Positions 10,087 to 20,238 are shown, counted from the stretch's first letter. The stretch: DNA of 64,000 bases from an uncultured Armatimonadetes bacterium (GCA_963699135.1 OY969415.1:3833577-3897576); one strand, 5' to 3'. Made by a program: numbers and translations. The notes: generated by a model not told the origin, from the letters alone.

Positions 10087-11232
10087 CTACCTCCCGGCCA
10101 CCAACAGATAGCCCCTCTGCGTTAGCACCGTGAAGAGCAAGTGCAGTTGCACGCGCACCTGGTCTCGGATCGGGATGGCCTGCACGGCCTCCGGAGGAGC
10201 CTGCGAGGCTATGTACTGCCAGAACACGTCCTGGAGTGCGTCCGCCTCGCGCCCGTAGCCCTGACGTCGCAACACCCGCACCGCGCAGCATGACACCGCC
10301 AGCGCCTTCGCCCCGTCCTCCGGGCGAAGCTCCTTGGCGTGCCGCGCCTGGCTCCTCGCACTCTCGATGCGCACGACGTCGTCATCCTTGATGAGATCGA
10401 GAAGCTGCAGGTAGTGATCGATCGCGTCGCGCACGGTGGCCTGCTGGGAAGCGGACCAGTCGTGGTCGAGTGCGCTCGTGGAGAGCGCATAGCCGAGCAC
10501 TTCATCGAAGAAGGCAATACAGTCAGGGTTCACCTCGAAAGCGAAGGCGACGCTTCTCCGCGGATCCCGGATCGAGGAGGGAGGTGCGACGGGCTGGTCT
10601 GCGACCGGCATGCCCGTTGATCTCACGAAGGCAAGATGGGCATCCATCAAGCGCTCGTCGATCGCGGACGAGAGGAGGACGTAGTACCCGGGCGCGGGGA
10701 AGTGGCTCTCATCGTGCATGTCGAACAGGACGTCCGGCGCGAGCGCCGTCACGACCCGCGCGCCAGGCCGCCATCTCCGGGCAGGCAGTGGACGCGTTCC
10801 AGTACATGATCCGCTCATAGGGCGGCTCCCAGGACCCTCCGGCGAACACGCGCAGGTCCCCAGGGGCGAGGAACCACTCCTCATTGCGCAACACTCCGTC
10901 CGGATTGATGGTCGGGATAATCGCCCAGTTACACTGGAAGCGCATGACCTGCGGGTTCCGCTGTCGGAGCTGGTCACAGAGCCAGAACATGGTCAACGCG
11001 CAGACCGGCTCAGTTGGGTCCTCAAACCCCCACAGCAGCGCTGTTCTATCGTAGCCGCCATCGAAGCGGATCATGTCGATAGGCAGACCTTCCGCCGACT
11101 GACCGATTGTCTCGACGCTGAAGCCTGGCTGGCCTCGCAGCGCATCTGTCTGCGCCCGGATCTCTGCGAGCGTCAGATACCGCGCATACGTCGGCACAGA
11201 CGCCAGCAGCTCCTGTGGAAGCGCCTGCATGA
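10087..11232 (-). CDS. M14-family zinc carboxypeptidase, interrupted by one frameshift near 10780
   Basis: The N-terminal half (track ORF 10709..11473 frame, from MQALPQELL) contains ...IMYWNASTACPEMAAW. The C-terminal half continues in the 10087..10977 frame (...VLFDMHDESHFPAPGYY...). A 1-nt indel lies in a CGCGCG run. Confidence 0.6.
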
Positions 11233-11319
11233 CATCTCCTAACCGTTCGTTGCTTCGGCAGCTTGCTGCCGAAGCTTTCCCGCTGCCACCCTTTGTCCTC
11301 GCCGTTCCGCCCGCCATCG

Positions 11320-11420
11320 GCGGGCGCCAATCTGCGCAATCTGCGTAATCTGCGGTTACTGCCGTTGCCGTTCCCGCCGAAGGCGGCCCCCCCCTCTCTG
11401 CGCTCTCTGCGTCTCTGCGG
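11320..11420. repeat. Composite repeat, modules C and D, R orientation (GCGCAATCTGCGCAATCTGCGTAATCTGCGGTTACTGCCGTTGCCGTTCC...)
   Basis: Reverse complement of the GGAACGGCAACGGCAGTAACCGCAGATTGCGCAGAT... module found at 33.85, 46.8 and 47.5 kb. Confidence 0.7.
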
Positions 11421-11429
11421 TGAATGCCT

Positions 11430-11906
11430 CTACCCCTCCGCCTCCCCGACCCTCCCCACCAACCCGCTGCCATACAACCACACCGCCACCAACCCGAACC
11501 ACATCAGCGCCACCGGCGCCAGCAGGAATTGATCCACTATCGCCCACGCCAGCGCGAGCGCGCCGCGTCGCATCCCGAAGCGATAGAAGTAGTCCGGTGA
11601 CGGCACCAGCAGCTTGTGCCGCGCGCCGCTGAGCAGCGCCCTCATCCGCGCTCGCTCATGCCCGCCCGACATCGCGATGCAGACCGCGTCGAACCGCATG
11701 CCGCGCAGCCGAAGGAGCCCCTCGCTCCCGAGCGTATGGAAGCTCGCGCCCGGGAACGCGCGCTGTATCGCCCCCAGACACTGCTCGTCGAGGCCGGGGG
11801 TGACCAGGACGCGCAGCACCGGCGGCGTGCCGAGGTCGGCCCCTGTCACCCGCTCGCGGAAGAAGTCCAGCACATACCCGGCGCAGTAGCGCAGCAGGCC
11901 CCTCAT
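11430..11906 (-). CDS. Hypothetical protein, domain-X family member 2 (C-terminal TM helix)
   Basis: MRGLLRYCAGYVLDFF...AIQRAFPGASFHTLGSEG...RGMRFDAVCIAMSGGHERARMRALLSGARHKLL is paralogous to 4520..5038. Its ATG overlaps the probable GT4 stop (ATGA). Confidence 0.5.
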   Translation of the reverse strand: MRGLLRYCAGYVLDFFRERVTGADLGTPPVLRVLVTPGLDEQCLGAIQRAFPGASFHTLGSEGLLRLRGMRFDAVCIAMSGGHERARMRALLSGARHKLLVPSPDYFYRFGMRRGALALAWAIVDQFLLAPVALMWFGLVAVWLYGSGLVGRVGEAEG

Positions 11907-13105
11907 CGCCGCGCCCCGCGGCCCGCGTGAGTGCATCTTCCAGCCGCTCCGCCAGCCGGTCGTTGTCGTGCTCGCGCGCCGCCAGGTCACGACCAGCGGC
12001 CGACAGCCGCGCCTGCAGCCCCGCGTCACTCAGTGCTCGCGCCAATTGGTCGGCGAACGACCTCGCGTCATCTGCGACCAGCAGCTCCCGTTCGTGCGCG
12101 ACGTTGAGCCCCTCCGCGCCGCGGCTCGTCGTCACCACTGGCAGGCCCGCCGCTATCGACTCGACCACCTTGTTGCGCACCCCGGACCCCAGGCGCAGCG
12201 GCGCGGCCAGCGCGGCCGCCTCGTCCATCGTCGCGCGCAGATCGGGCACGAAGCCCACGATCTCCACGCTCGCGTCGCGCTCCATCCGGCCCAGCGCCTC
12301 CGGCGCCACTCGCGCCAGTTCCTCTCTCGTGCCGGTTCCGACCACCACTAGGCGCGCCGCGGGATTCGCCTTCACTACCTGTGGCCAGATCCTCCTGATA
12401 GAGGAAGAGCAGACCGTCGAGATTGGGGAAGTGCTCCATGTGCCCGAGGAAGAGCACGCGACCCGGCGCCGGCCGGCGCGGCCGCAACGCGAGCTGCTCG
12501 GGATCGACTCCGGGGGGGATGGCGGTGGTCTGCGTGCGCGGCGCCATCGCGTTGGTGATCCGCGCCTCTCGCTCCGAGACCGCGACCACGTGATCGGCCT
12601 TCCGGAACACCCCGGTCTCGTAACGCAGCATCCGCAGCCAGTCGAGCCGCGCCCGACACCGCTCCCAACCGCGCGCGGCCTCCATGCGCCGGCGATAGGC
12701 TAGCGATGTGAGTTCCAACGCAGTAACTACGCACGGCGCCGGCCGCGTCCATCGCCGGTACTGCGCCATGTTGCTGCTCGCGAACTGCACCACCTCCGGC
12801 CGGAAGTGGCGCGTCACCTCCGCGACGTCCGCCGCCAGCTCCTCCGAGTAGTACTCCGTCACCCATCGGGGCAGTTCCGCGAAGGAGCTGTAAGCATGTG
12901 GTGTTGGCTTCCGCAGCCGCGCCCTCGCCGGCTCGCAGTGACGCCCGATCTCTGCCAGCCCGGCCGCTTCCGCCTCCCGCTCGTAGCACCCCACGAACGC
13001 CACCTGATGCCTCTGCGCCAGCCGCCGCAGCCAACCCCAGATCTCCGCGTGGCCGCCTGCCACCGGCGGATAGGGGAGGAACGGGCTGACGAGTAGGATC
13101 CTCAC
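11903..13105 (-). CDS. Glycosyltransferase family 4, interrupted by at least two frameshifts (near 12385 and near 11940)
   Basis: N-terminal domain VRILLVSPFLPYPPVAGGHAEIW... is in track frame 12068..13336. The C-terminal domain ...KANPAARLVVVGTG...RLGSGVRNKVVESIAAGLPVVTT... is in frame 11656..12375. The GTG start overlaps the upstream stop (GTGA). Confidence 0.65.
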
Positions 13106-14557
13106 TCCGATTCCCCGCCCGCCTCCGGAGTTGCCAGCGCCAGGATATCGCGGTCCCCCAGATCGCCTCGACGCCGCGCCCGCCATCGCCTCAGCAGCGC
13201 CGTCGGCAGCATTGGTAGCGCCGCCAGCAGCGCCCGGCACATCATCCCCTCGCCCACTGGCAGCTCGCGATACAGCCGCGCGCACACGTACGCCCAGTGC
13301 TGCGCCAGCATCCCCGGATCGCGCATGTTCTTCCACGTGAAGATCAGCGCGTTCTTCAGAAACGCCTCATTCGCGTAGGCGTCCCCGAACCGCTTGCCAA
13401 TCCACGCCCGCCGCTGGTGCCACACCGACGCCTCCGGCTCGAACACCGAACGCCACCCCCGCCGCCACGCCCGATAGCCCAGCTCGATGTCCTCCCAGTA
13501 GAGCGGCCGGAAGATGGTCTCGAATCCGCCCAGCGCGGGTACCGCGCGCGGTGATACACCGACGACGCGCCGCCCGCGTAGAGGATCGGCCCGGCCTTCA
13601 GCGGTGGCAGGTGATAGGGTTCGGTAATGCCCGAGAACGCGGGCACGACGTTCCCCGTCTCCATTTGCGAGCCCTCGGGCAGCTCGATCCGCGAGCACAC
13701 CGCGAACGTATCCTCTCGATCGAAGTGAGGCAGGATCGCTCGCAGAAATCCCGGCCGCACTTGCACGTCGGTGTTGATCAGCGCGAACAGCGGCGTTGTG
13801 GTCGCCGAGATACCCGCCCTCACCGCGCCCGCGAACCCCTGGTTCCTCTCCAGCCGCAGCACCTTCACACTCGGGTATTGCTGCCGCACATACTCCGCCG
13901 TCCCATCCGTGCTCGCGTCGTCCACCACCATCACCCGATGCTGCCGCCCCGCCTCCGCCAGCAGCGGCGGCAGACAGAAGTCCATCAACTGCTTCTGGTT
14001 GTAGGTGGGGACGATGAACGTAACGGTGCGGCCGATGGGTGGGCCGGGGTCGGGGATCGGTGGCCTTACCACTGCCAGCCGCCAGATCCAGTCGGCCCCG
14101 CGCACCTTCAGCATCACGCCCAGGTACAGGTATGATAGCGATTTCGCGAGGATCATGCGCGCCCACCATCGCCCGCTCAGCGGGCGATAGGGAGGCAGGT
14201 GAAGTTGGTGCCACTCGCCCGCCCTGCCGTACGCGAGCGTGACCCGCGCCCCGGCCAGCGCCCCCGTCAGCTTCCCGCGCCGGCCGCCCTCTCCCGTCAG
14301 CAGCAACACCGCCACGTCATACCGCCGCCCCCGCGCGCCGATCATCCCGCGCGGCCCCCCCGCTTCTCCCAGCGCTTCTATGGAGAGATCTGGGGCAATC
14401 GCGCGCAGCTCCGCCAGCGCTTGCTGACCGGCCGCGGACTGCGTGGAGCCGGCGAGGAGCCCGCGCCGCCATTCCTTCGCGCCGGGGAGATCGGTGAGAT
14501 CGACAGGGGTGAGATAGACGTTTCCTACAGTTCTGATCAGCTCAGACAGGAGGGGCA
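13102..14557 (-). CDS. Fusion protein: N-terminal domain-X (member 3), TM segment, then GT2 domain; one frameshift near 13555
   Basis: MPLLSELIRTV...RAIAPDLSIEALGEAGG...RGRRYDVAVLLLTGEGGRRGKLTGALAGARVTLAY...PLSG (domain X), then MILAKSLSYLYLGVMLKV (TM), then TFIVPTYNQ...VVDDASTDGT (GT2). The GT2 C-terminus continues in frame 13102..14214. Confidence 0.65.
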
Positions 14558-15325
14558 TAGGGAGCCCTCGCTTGCGCCGCCGCGCGCTCCACTTCGTCCA
14601 CCGACGTCCGATACTTCGCCACCACGTCTTCGCTCGCGCCATCCATCATCATGTGCCCATGGTCCAGCCAGATCGCCCGCTCGCAGAACTTCCTGATCGA
14701 GTTGAGTTCGTGCGACACCACCAGGATCGTCTTCCCCTACTTGCTTGAACTGCCGCAGCCGCTCGAACGACTTGTGCTGGAAATGCTCGTCGCCCACCCC
14801 CAACACCTCGTCGATCAGCAGCACATCCGGGTCCAGATGCACCGCCACCGAGAACCCCAGCCGCACCACCATCCCACTCGAATACGTCTTCACCGGCGCG
14901 TCCATGAACTCGCTCAGCTCGGCGAAATCCACGATCGCATCGTACTGCTGCGCGGTCTGCTTGCGACTGAGGCCCAGCAGGCTCGCATTCATAAACACGT
15001 TCTCGCGGCCGGTCAGGTCGGGGTGGAATCCTGTCCCGAGTTCCAGCATCGGGCACACCCGCCCCTCCACCTGCACCGACCCGCGCGTTGCCACCAGCAC
15101 CCGCGCCAGGATCGCCAGCAGCGTGCTCTTCCCCGATCCGTTGGGCCCCACCACGCCCACCACCTCGCCGGGGTTCACCGTGAACGACACGCTCCGCAGC
15201 GCCCAGAACTCCTCGTAGCCCGTCTGCCCCCGGAAGAACGCCACCAGCGCCTCCTTCAGCGTGTTCACCCGCTGATGAGGCCGCCGGTACTGCTTCCAGA
15301 GATCGCGGACCTCGATCCTGCTCAC
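14543..15325 (-). CDS. ABC transporter ATP-binding protein (Wzt/TagH-like polysaccharide exporter ATPase), one frameshift near 14720
   Basis: GVVGPNGSGKSTLL (Walker A), YSSGMVVRLGFS (ABC signature) and LLIDEVLGVGD (Walker B). The C-terminus GKTILVVSHELNSIRKFCERAIWLDHG is in a different frame. The GTG start overlaps the permease stop, and the stop overlaps the next gene by 15 nt. Confidence 0.7.
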
Positions 15326-16233
15326 TACGCCCGCTCCGCAAAAAGATACGACTTCCGATGGAAGATGATGTGCCCCGCCACCGCGAACACGATCGCGATC
15401 GCGGCCGATCCGAGCACATACCACCCCATGGGATACTGCGCCTGCAACTGCGCCTGCAGCGCCGCCGCCGCCTCGGGGGTGCGAGTCGCGCCCGAGCTCA
15501 CCACGATCGGATTCCCCCCGCCCTCCAGCAGTCCGCTGCGATAGCCCAGCACGCACATCGCCACCGGGTCCAGCAGATAGAGCTGCTTGATCTGCGGCAG
15601 GTAGTCCGAGATGATCTGCGTCAGCCAGTTCTTCCCCGTCACCTGCTTGCCCAGGAAGTTGCCCAGCGGATACAGGATCGGTGTCAGGAAGAACCACAGC
15701 GACAGCAGGTTGCCGACGATGAACTTCACATCGGCATAGAACACGCTCCACGCCGCCAGCATCGACGACAGCCCATAGGCGAACACGGCGATCAACACCG
15801 TCGCGGGGATCACCAGCCAGTAGTGATAGTTGACATCCACCCGCCAGATCGCGAACAGCCCCAGCAGCACCAGGAAGGCGAGCGCAAGGTGCACCAGGTT
15901 GGAGATCAGCGCGGCGATCGGCAGAATGCAGCGGGGGAAATAGGCCTTCTTCACCAGCGCCAGCTCCGCCGTCACACAGGCGGTGCTGTCGAGCACGGTC
16001 TGGGAGAAGAACAGCCACGGCAGGAACCCGGTGATGAGGAACGCGGTGTAGTCCTTCTGCGGGTTCTCCATGATGATCTTGAAGACGAAATACCACACCC
16101 CGATCTGCATCAGGGGATTCAGCAGCGACCAGAAGAACCCCAGAATCGAGTTCTTATAGCGCACCCGGAGATTGCGTCGGACGAGGTTCCACAGCACCTC
16201 CCGATAGCGCCAAAGCTCGGCGATTTCCTTCAT
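15325..16233 (-). CDS. ABC-2 type transporter permease (Wzm-like)
   Basis: 302 aa with six hydrophobic segments. The N-terminus ...NLVRRNLRVRYKNSILGFFWSLLNPL is the characteristic ABC-2 permease motif. Confidence 0.8.
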   Translation of the reverse strand: MKEIAELWRYREVLWNLVRRNLRVRYKNSILGFFWSLLNPLMQIGVWYFVFKIIMENPQKDYTAFLITGFLPWLFFSQTVLDSTACVTAELALVKKAYFPRCILPIAALISNLVHLALAFLVLLGLFAIWRVDVNYHYWLVIPATVLIAVFAYGLSSMLAAWSVFYADVKFIVGNLLSLWFFLTPILYPLGNFLGKQVTGKNWLTQIISDYLPQIKQLYLLDPVAMCVLGYRSGLLEGGGNPIVVSSGATRTPEAAAALQAQLQAQYPMGWYVLGSAAIAIVFAVAGHIIFHRKSYLFAERA

Positions 16234-16319
16234 AATGTGGCCCGCAAACGCCTCCGCCGGCGATTATACAGGGCGCAGCAGTGGCAGTCAAAGCGGCGGT
16301 TGCTCCGTGGCGGCCTCGC

Positions 16320-16600
16320 CATTGCTGTCATCCCGAGCGACTCGCCACTCCGAGCAGAGCGAGAAGGCGAGTTATGCGAGGGATCAAGACCTGCGGAGCC
16401 GACCGGAGGAAGGCGACTCCCCATTCCCAGGGCAAGAGTCCCTAGGCTGCCATCGGCGGCCGGGATGGCGGCCTGCGAAGCCGGCTTAGCCACTCGTCTC
16501 CTGCCATGGCCTCTGCCGTTTCCGTCCGTAGGGGCGTGATTCATCACGCCCTCCCATCTGTCATTGCGAGGGGCGGCCGCTTCCGCCCCGTGGCAATCTC
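16320..16600. repeat. Composite repeat region in R orientation (TGATCC/CAGGATGACAGCAACGGC module, GGCGTGATTCATCACGCC module, family-A hairpin)
   Basis: Reverse-complement matches to modules present downstream of 21 kb in forward orientation. Confidence 0.55.
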
Positions 16601-16796
16601 GCAGTTCCCTCCGGCGCAGGTGGCCTCTGACTATCCGCGTCCATCACACCCCCACCCTTGTCCGCCCACCAACCACCATGTCCCACTGCCGGCCTTCTTC
16701 CCGGCCGGCCCTCCCACTACCATGGCTCCGGCGTGGGAAGGCGTCACGGAGTCACCCGACAGAGCCGACCCCGCCCAAGTGAGAAAGGGGATCAGA

Positions 16797-17102
16797 ATGA
16801 AGATGCTCATGCACGCCAGGATGCCTCACAAGGAGTTCAACGCCGCCCTCCGTGATGGCACCGCCGAGAAGAAGATGAAGCAGATCCTCGAGGCCACGAA
16901 GCCCGAAGCCGTCTACTTCACCGAGTGGAAAGGCCAGCGCAGCGCCCTCATGATCGTCAACCTGAATGACCCATCAGGGGTGCCCGCGCTCGCCGAGCCG
17001 TGGTTCCTGACCTTCAACGCAGACGTCGAGTTCCACATCGTCATGACCCCGGAAGACCTGGCCAAAGGTGGGCTGGAGGCTCTCGCGAAGAAGTGGGCCT
17101 AG
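16797..17102 (+). CDS. Small conserved hypothetical protein (about 100 aa; DUF3303-like by pattern, uncertain)
   Basis: ATG at 16797 preceded by AAAGGGG. The product is MKMLMHARMPHKEFNAAL...EAVYFTEWKGQRSALMIVNLND...PWFLTFNADVEFHIVMTPEDL. The upstream part of the track ORF lies in repeat DNA and is rejected. Confidence 0.5.
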   Translation: MKMLMHARMPHKEFNAALRDGTAEKKMKQILEATKPEAVYFTEWKGQRSALMIVNLNDPSGVPALAEPWFLTFNADVEFHIVMTPEDLAKGGLEALAKKWA

Positions 17103-17177
17103 CACAGGCCGATCGCACGCCCGAACGGAGCTGACGGGGAGCCACCGACTCCCCTCCCTGCCCACGCGCCGCCCCTC

Positions 17178-17224
17178 CCACTGTCATTGCGAGGGGCGGC
17201 CGCCTTCGCCCCGTGGCAATCCCG
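17178..17224. repeat. Hairpin repeat, family A, R orientation
   Basis: CTGTCATTGCGAGGGGCGGCCGCCTTCGCCCCGTGGCAATCC. Confidence 0.7.
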
Positions 17225-17306
17225 CCGTCGCCGTTCCGCTGCTGAAGCAGCGGAGACGCGCCGCGAAAAGCGGCACGAAAAGTGGCGTTTTCGCAAGAGT
17301 GCACCG

Positions 17307-17324
17307 ATGTTCCACGTGGAACAT
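17307..17324. promoter_or_regulatory. 18-bp perfect palindrome ATGTTCCACGTGGAACAT (candidate operator or recombination site)
   Basis: Exact inverted repeat in a 1.15-kb non-coding region. It is followed by repeated GCATTTCGGGG motifs. Confidence 0.4.
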
Positions 17325-18249
17325 TTCGGGGATTTCCGGGGTGTTCACATTGGCGGAATCGGAGGGTGGGGTGGGAGGCGAGGGAGTGAAGGGGAACTGA
17401 GGGGGCGGAGAGCGGGAATCGGCATAAGTAAGCAAGGCATTTGTAGTACAAGAGGCAAGCTGAAATGGGGTCGATTTCCGTACGCGGGCCTTTTGGCATC
17501 TGCCCTGGAAGGTGGCTAGATGGGCCCAGGAGAGGGAGGGCGAGTTAGGTCCGCGTCGCGAAATGCGCCTATCAGGGTTTTTTCGGGGGAGGGCCGAACT
17601 ATTTCACGTAGGGCAATCCAGGGGGGTCAGAGGGGAAGCTGGGGGCATTTCGGGGTCTGATGGCAGGTGCGCGCAGGGGTGCATAGGGTGCACGAAATGC
17701 GCGGTTCGAGGGGTGGGATTGGGCTGTTTCCGGGGGTTCGGGAGCGTGCATTTCGGGGCTGGAAATGGGCCCGGATCGGGGTGTACTAAGGGGTTAGTAC
17801 AGTGGGTTTGGGCATAGGCATAAGTGGAATGGGGGCGGGAGGACTTCGCTCACGCATCGGCTTCTGTGGCCATGCCCGCGACATGAGAGAAAGAGCTTGC
17901 TGCCTCTGCCCGGATGACTCTGGTTCCGAGTGCTACGGGAATGGAGGCAGTGCCCGCCGTCGATAGCCCGACACAGCGCGGTGTCACTCGCGGGCAGGTC
18001 AGGGCCGAGGATAGGCGGAAGTGATGGCGACATGAGGGATCGTCTGTGGCAGATCATTGGTTGCGCGGCCGTGCTGTCGGGAATCGTACCGCGTAGCGAA
18101 AGCTGCACTTCGGTCAAACTTGCTCCGTCTGACAGCGGCGGCTCCTTCGATCAGTGGCCCAGGACATGGGAGGCGGTGAGCCGCCGGTATGCGCAGCAGG
18201 AGGGCGGCGGGATGCGCGGCTTCCGCGGGCGGGACGATGGGGATGACGC

Positions 18250-19956
18250 ATGACACGGGAGGAGTTGCTTGAGCTGATCGCCAGCGTCCGCCGATATGAG
18301 AGCGAACTTGGCTCCGTAGAAGTGAAGTCTGCTCATCGGGGCACGCCGAAACGCCTCTTCGAACTCCTCTCTGCACTCGCCAACCGCACTGGTGGCGGCG
18401 CTATCCTCTTCGGGCTGGAGGAAAGCACGGACTACCGAGTCGTGGGAGTGGGCGATGCTAGCCGTCTACAAGAGGATGTTGCCAGCATTGCAGCCGAGAT
18501 GGAGCCCCCTCTTCGTCCGGAATTCACGGTTGACGAGGTGGAAGGCCACACTGTCGTCGCAGTGGAAGTGCCAGAGGTGCCCGTGCAGCAGCGCCCCTGC
18601 CACCTCAGGTCCTCTGGCCTACAGAAGGGCTCGTTCATCCGAGTCGGCAATAGCAACCGCTTGATGACCGACTACGAGATTCTTCGGATACATCAGCGCC
18701 CGCATCCAACCCACATATGACGGGGAGGTAGTGAGTGAAGCAACACTTCGAGGACCTAGACGACACGAAGCTGCTCGCGTATCTCAGCGCCCTGAGGCAG
18801 AGCCGCACGGACGCCTCTTACCTTGAGCAGCCGCGGGAACGGGTGCTAATGCAGTTCCGCATCGCAAAGGAAGACGAGGGTGTCCTGCGGCCGACTCTGG
18901 CTGGGTTGCTGGCCTTCGGGAGATATCCGCAGAGCTTCGAGCCGCAGCTCGTTATCACCTACATTCAGTTCTACGGCACGAGCGAAAATGAGAAGACGCC
19001 TCGGGGTGAGCGCTTCCTGGATAGCCGCAAGTTCGAGGGTGCACTGCCAGACCTCGTTGATGCCGCTGTGCGGCACGTCATGGCCAGCCTGCGCAAGAGC
19101 AGTCTGATAGAAGGACTCTACCGAAGAGATATACCAGAGTATCCTGAGGAGGCCGTCCGTGAGGCCGTGGTGAATGCAGTCGTTCACCGCGATTACAGCA
19201 ACTACGTGCGAGGCAGCTATGTCCAGATTCGGCTTTTCGCGGATCGCCTGGAGATCCAGAGCCCGGGTGGCCTCTACGGCAATGTGACCGAGGACACCCT
19301 CGAAATGGAGCACTCGACCCGGAATCGAGTCCTGATGCGATTCCTAGAGGACCTCCGAATCGCAGAGAATCGCGGCAGCGGCATCAGCGCTATGAACCGC
19401 GCCCTGCGCGATGCCAATCTGGAGCCACCCAGGTTCCAGGACAAGAGGAGTTCGTTCTGGGTCACTTTTCGAAGTCACTCGCTGATGAGTCCAGACACCA
19501 TCACGTGGCTCAACCAGTTTGCCGCGCAGCCTCTCAACGACCGCCAGCGACTCACGCTCGCCTACCTCCGTAGCAACGAACAGATCACCAACCCTATCTA
19601 CCGCCAGCTCAACCATGTGGACCCGCTGACCGCTACCAAGGAGCTGCAGGAGCTCGCCAGGACCGGGCTAGTAGAGCAGCACGAAGTGAGGAGATGGGCT
19701 CACTGACGTTCTGAATCCCTTACTTGTCCAGCCTGCGAGGGCAGAGACGCGGACCAATGAGGAGAAGGTTCTGGCATATGTTCAGGAGCATGGTTCCATT
19801 CGCAACCCGGAATGTCGGGATCTGCTGGGCCTACGCAGGCATCAAGCGCGCTTGCTCCTGAAGGGGCTCGTTGAGAAGCGTCTCTTAAGGCGTACGGGAG
19901 AGACGCGCGGCACTCGCTACGTGCTCCCCTATGCCCTGGCCCCGCGGGATAGCTGA
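18250..19956 (+). pseudogene. Fragmented COG2865-type regulator gene (AlbA_2/Schlafen-like N-domain + HATPase_c_4 + C-terminal wHTH), split into three frames
   Basis: Fragment 18250..18720 is an AlbA_2-like domain (frame 1). Fragment 18735..19706 is an HATPase_c_4-like domain (frame 3). Fragment 19732..19956 (frame 1, no start codon) reads EEKVLAYVQEHGSIRNPECRDLLGLRRHQARLLLKGLVEKRLLRRTGETRGTRYVL, the typical wHTH tail of this family. Confidence 0.65.
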
Positions 19957-19966
19957 TGCGCGGGGC

Positions 19967-20009
19967 TTTGCAAAAGTTTTGCAAAGTTTTGCAAAGATTT
20001 TGCAAAAGC
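19967..20009. repeat. Tandem repeat, 4 copies of TTTTGCAAA(A)G
   Basis: CTTTGCAAAAG TTTTGCAAAG TTTTGCAAAG ATTTTGCAAAAG. It is AT-rich in a 70% GC background and lies 230 bp upstream of the NHL lipoprotein gene. Confidence 0.8.
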
Positions 20010-20238
20010 TCTGCAGACGGCCATGGCAGGCGGCATCTCAGGCCTGCGACAGGTTCACGACGTGCCTGGATATCCCCACCGCGAACCCTCCACATAACCG
20101 GCCGACAAGCCCGCGCCGCTGGTCGGTGGGACGTGGAGGGGGCGGGCGCGGGGGCAGAGACGGGTTCGCATTGACAGCGGCCCCCCTGAAGGAGAATCCA
20201 GACAGTAGTGGTAAAGTGGTGTTAGTCTCTGAAGGAGA

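Noticed and set aside
15358-16539. 393-aa plus-strand ORF over the ABC permease/ATPase region
   Set aside because: Antisense shadow ORF (His/Arg/Pro/Gln-rich). The minus strand encodes a well-formed ABC-2 permease.
16506-16796. N-terminal 97 codons of track ORF 16506..17102
   Set aside because: Lies over repeat modules (GGCGTGATTCATCACGCC, family A). The real gene starts at the ATG at 16797 with its own RBS.
20171-20176. TTGACA hexamer upstream of the NHL lipoprotein gene as a -35 box
   Set aside because: No acceptable -10 hexamer at 16-18 bp spacing. Cannot support a promoter call.
17100-20230. Integrated prophage or IS element in the GC-poor stretch
   Set aside because: No integrase, transposase, terminal inverted repeats or phage structural ORFs. 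Only a decayed regulator gene and non-coding motifs.
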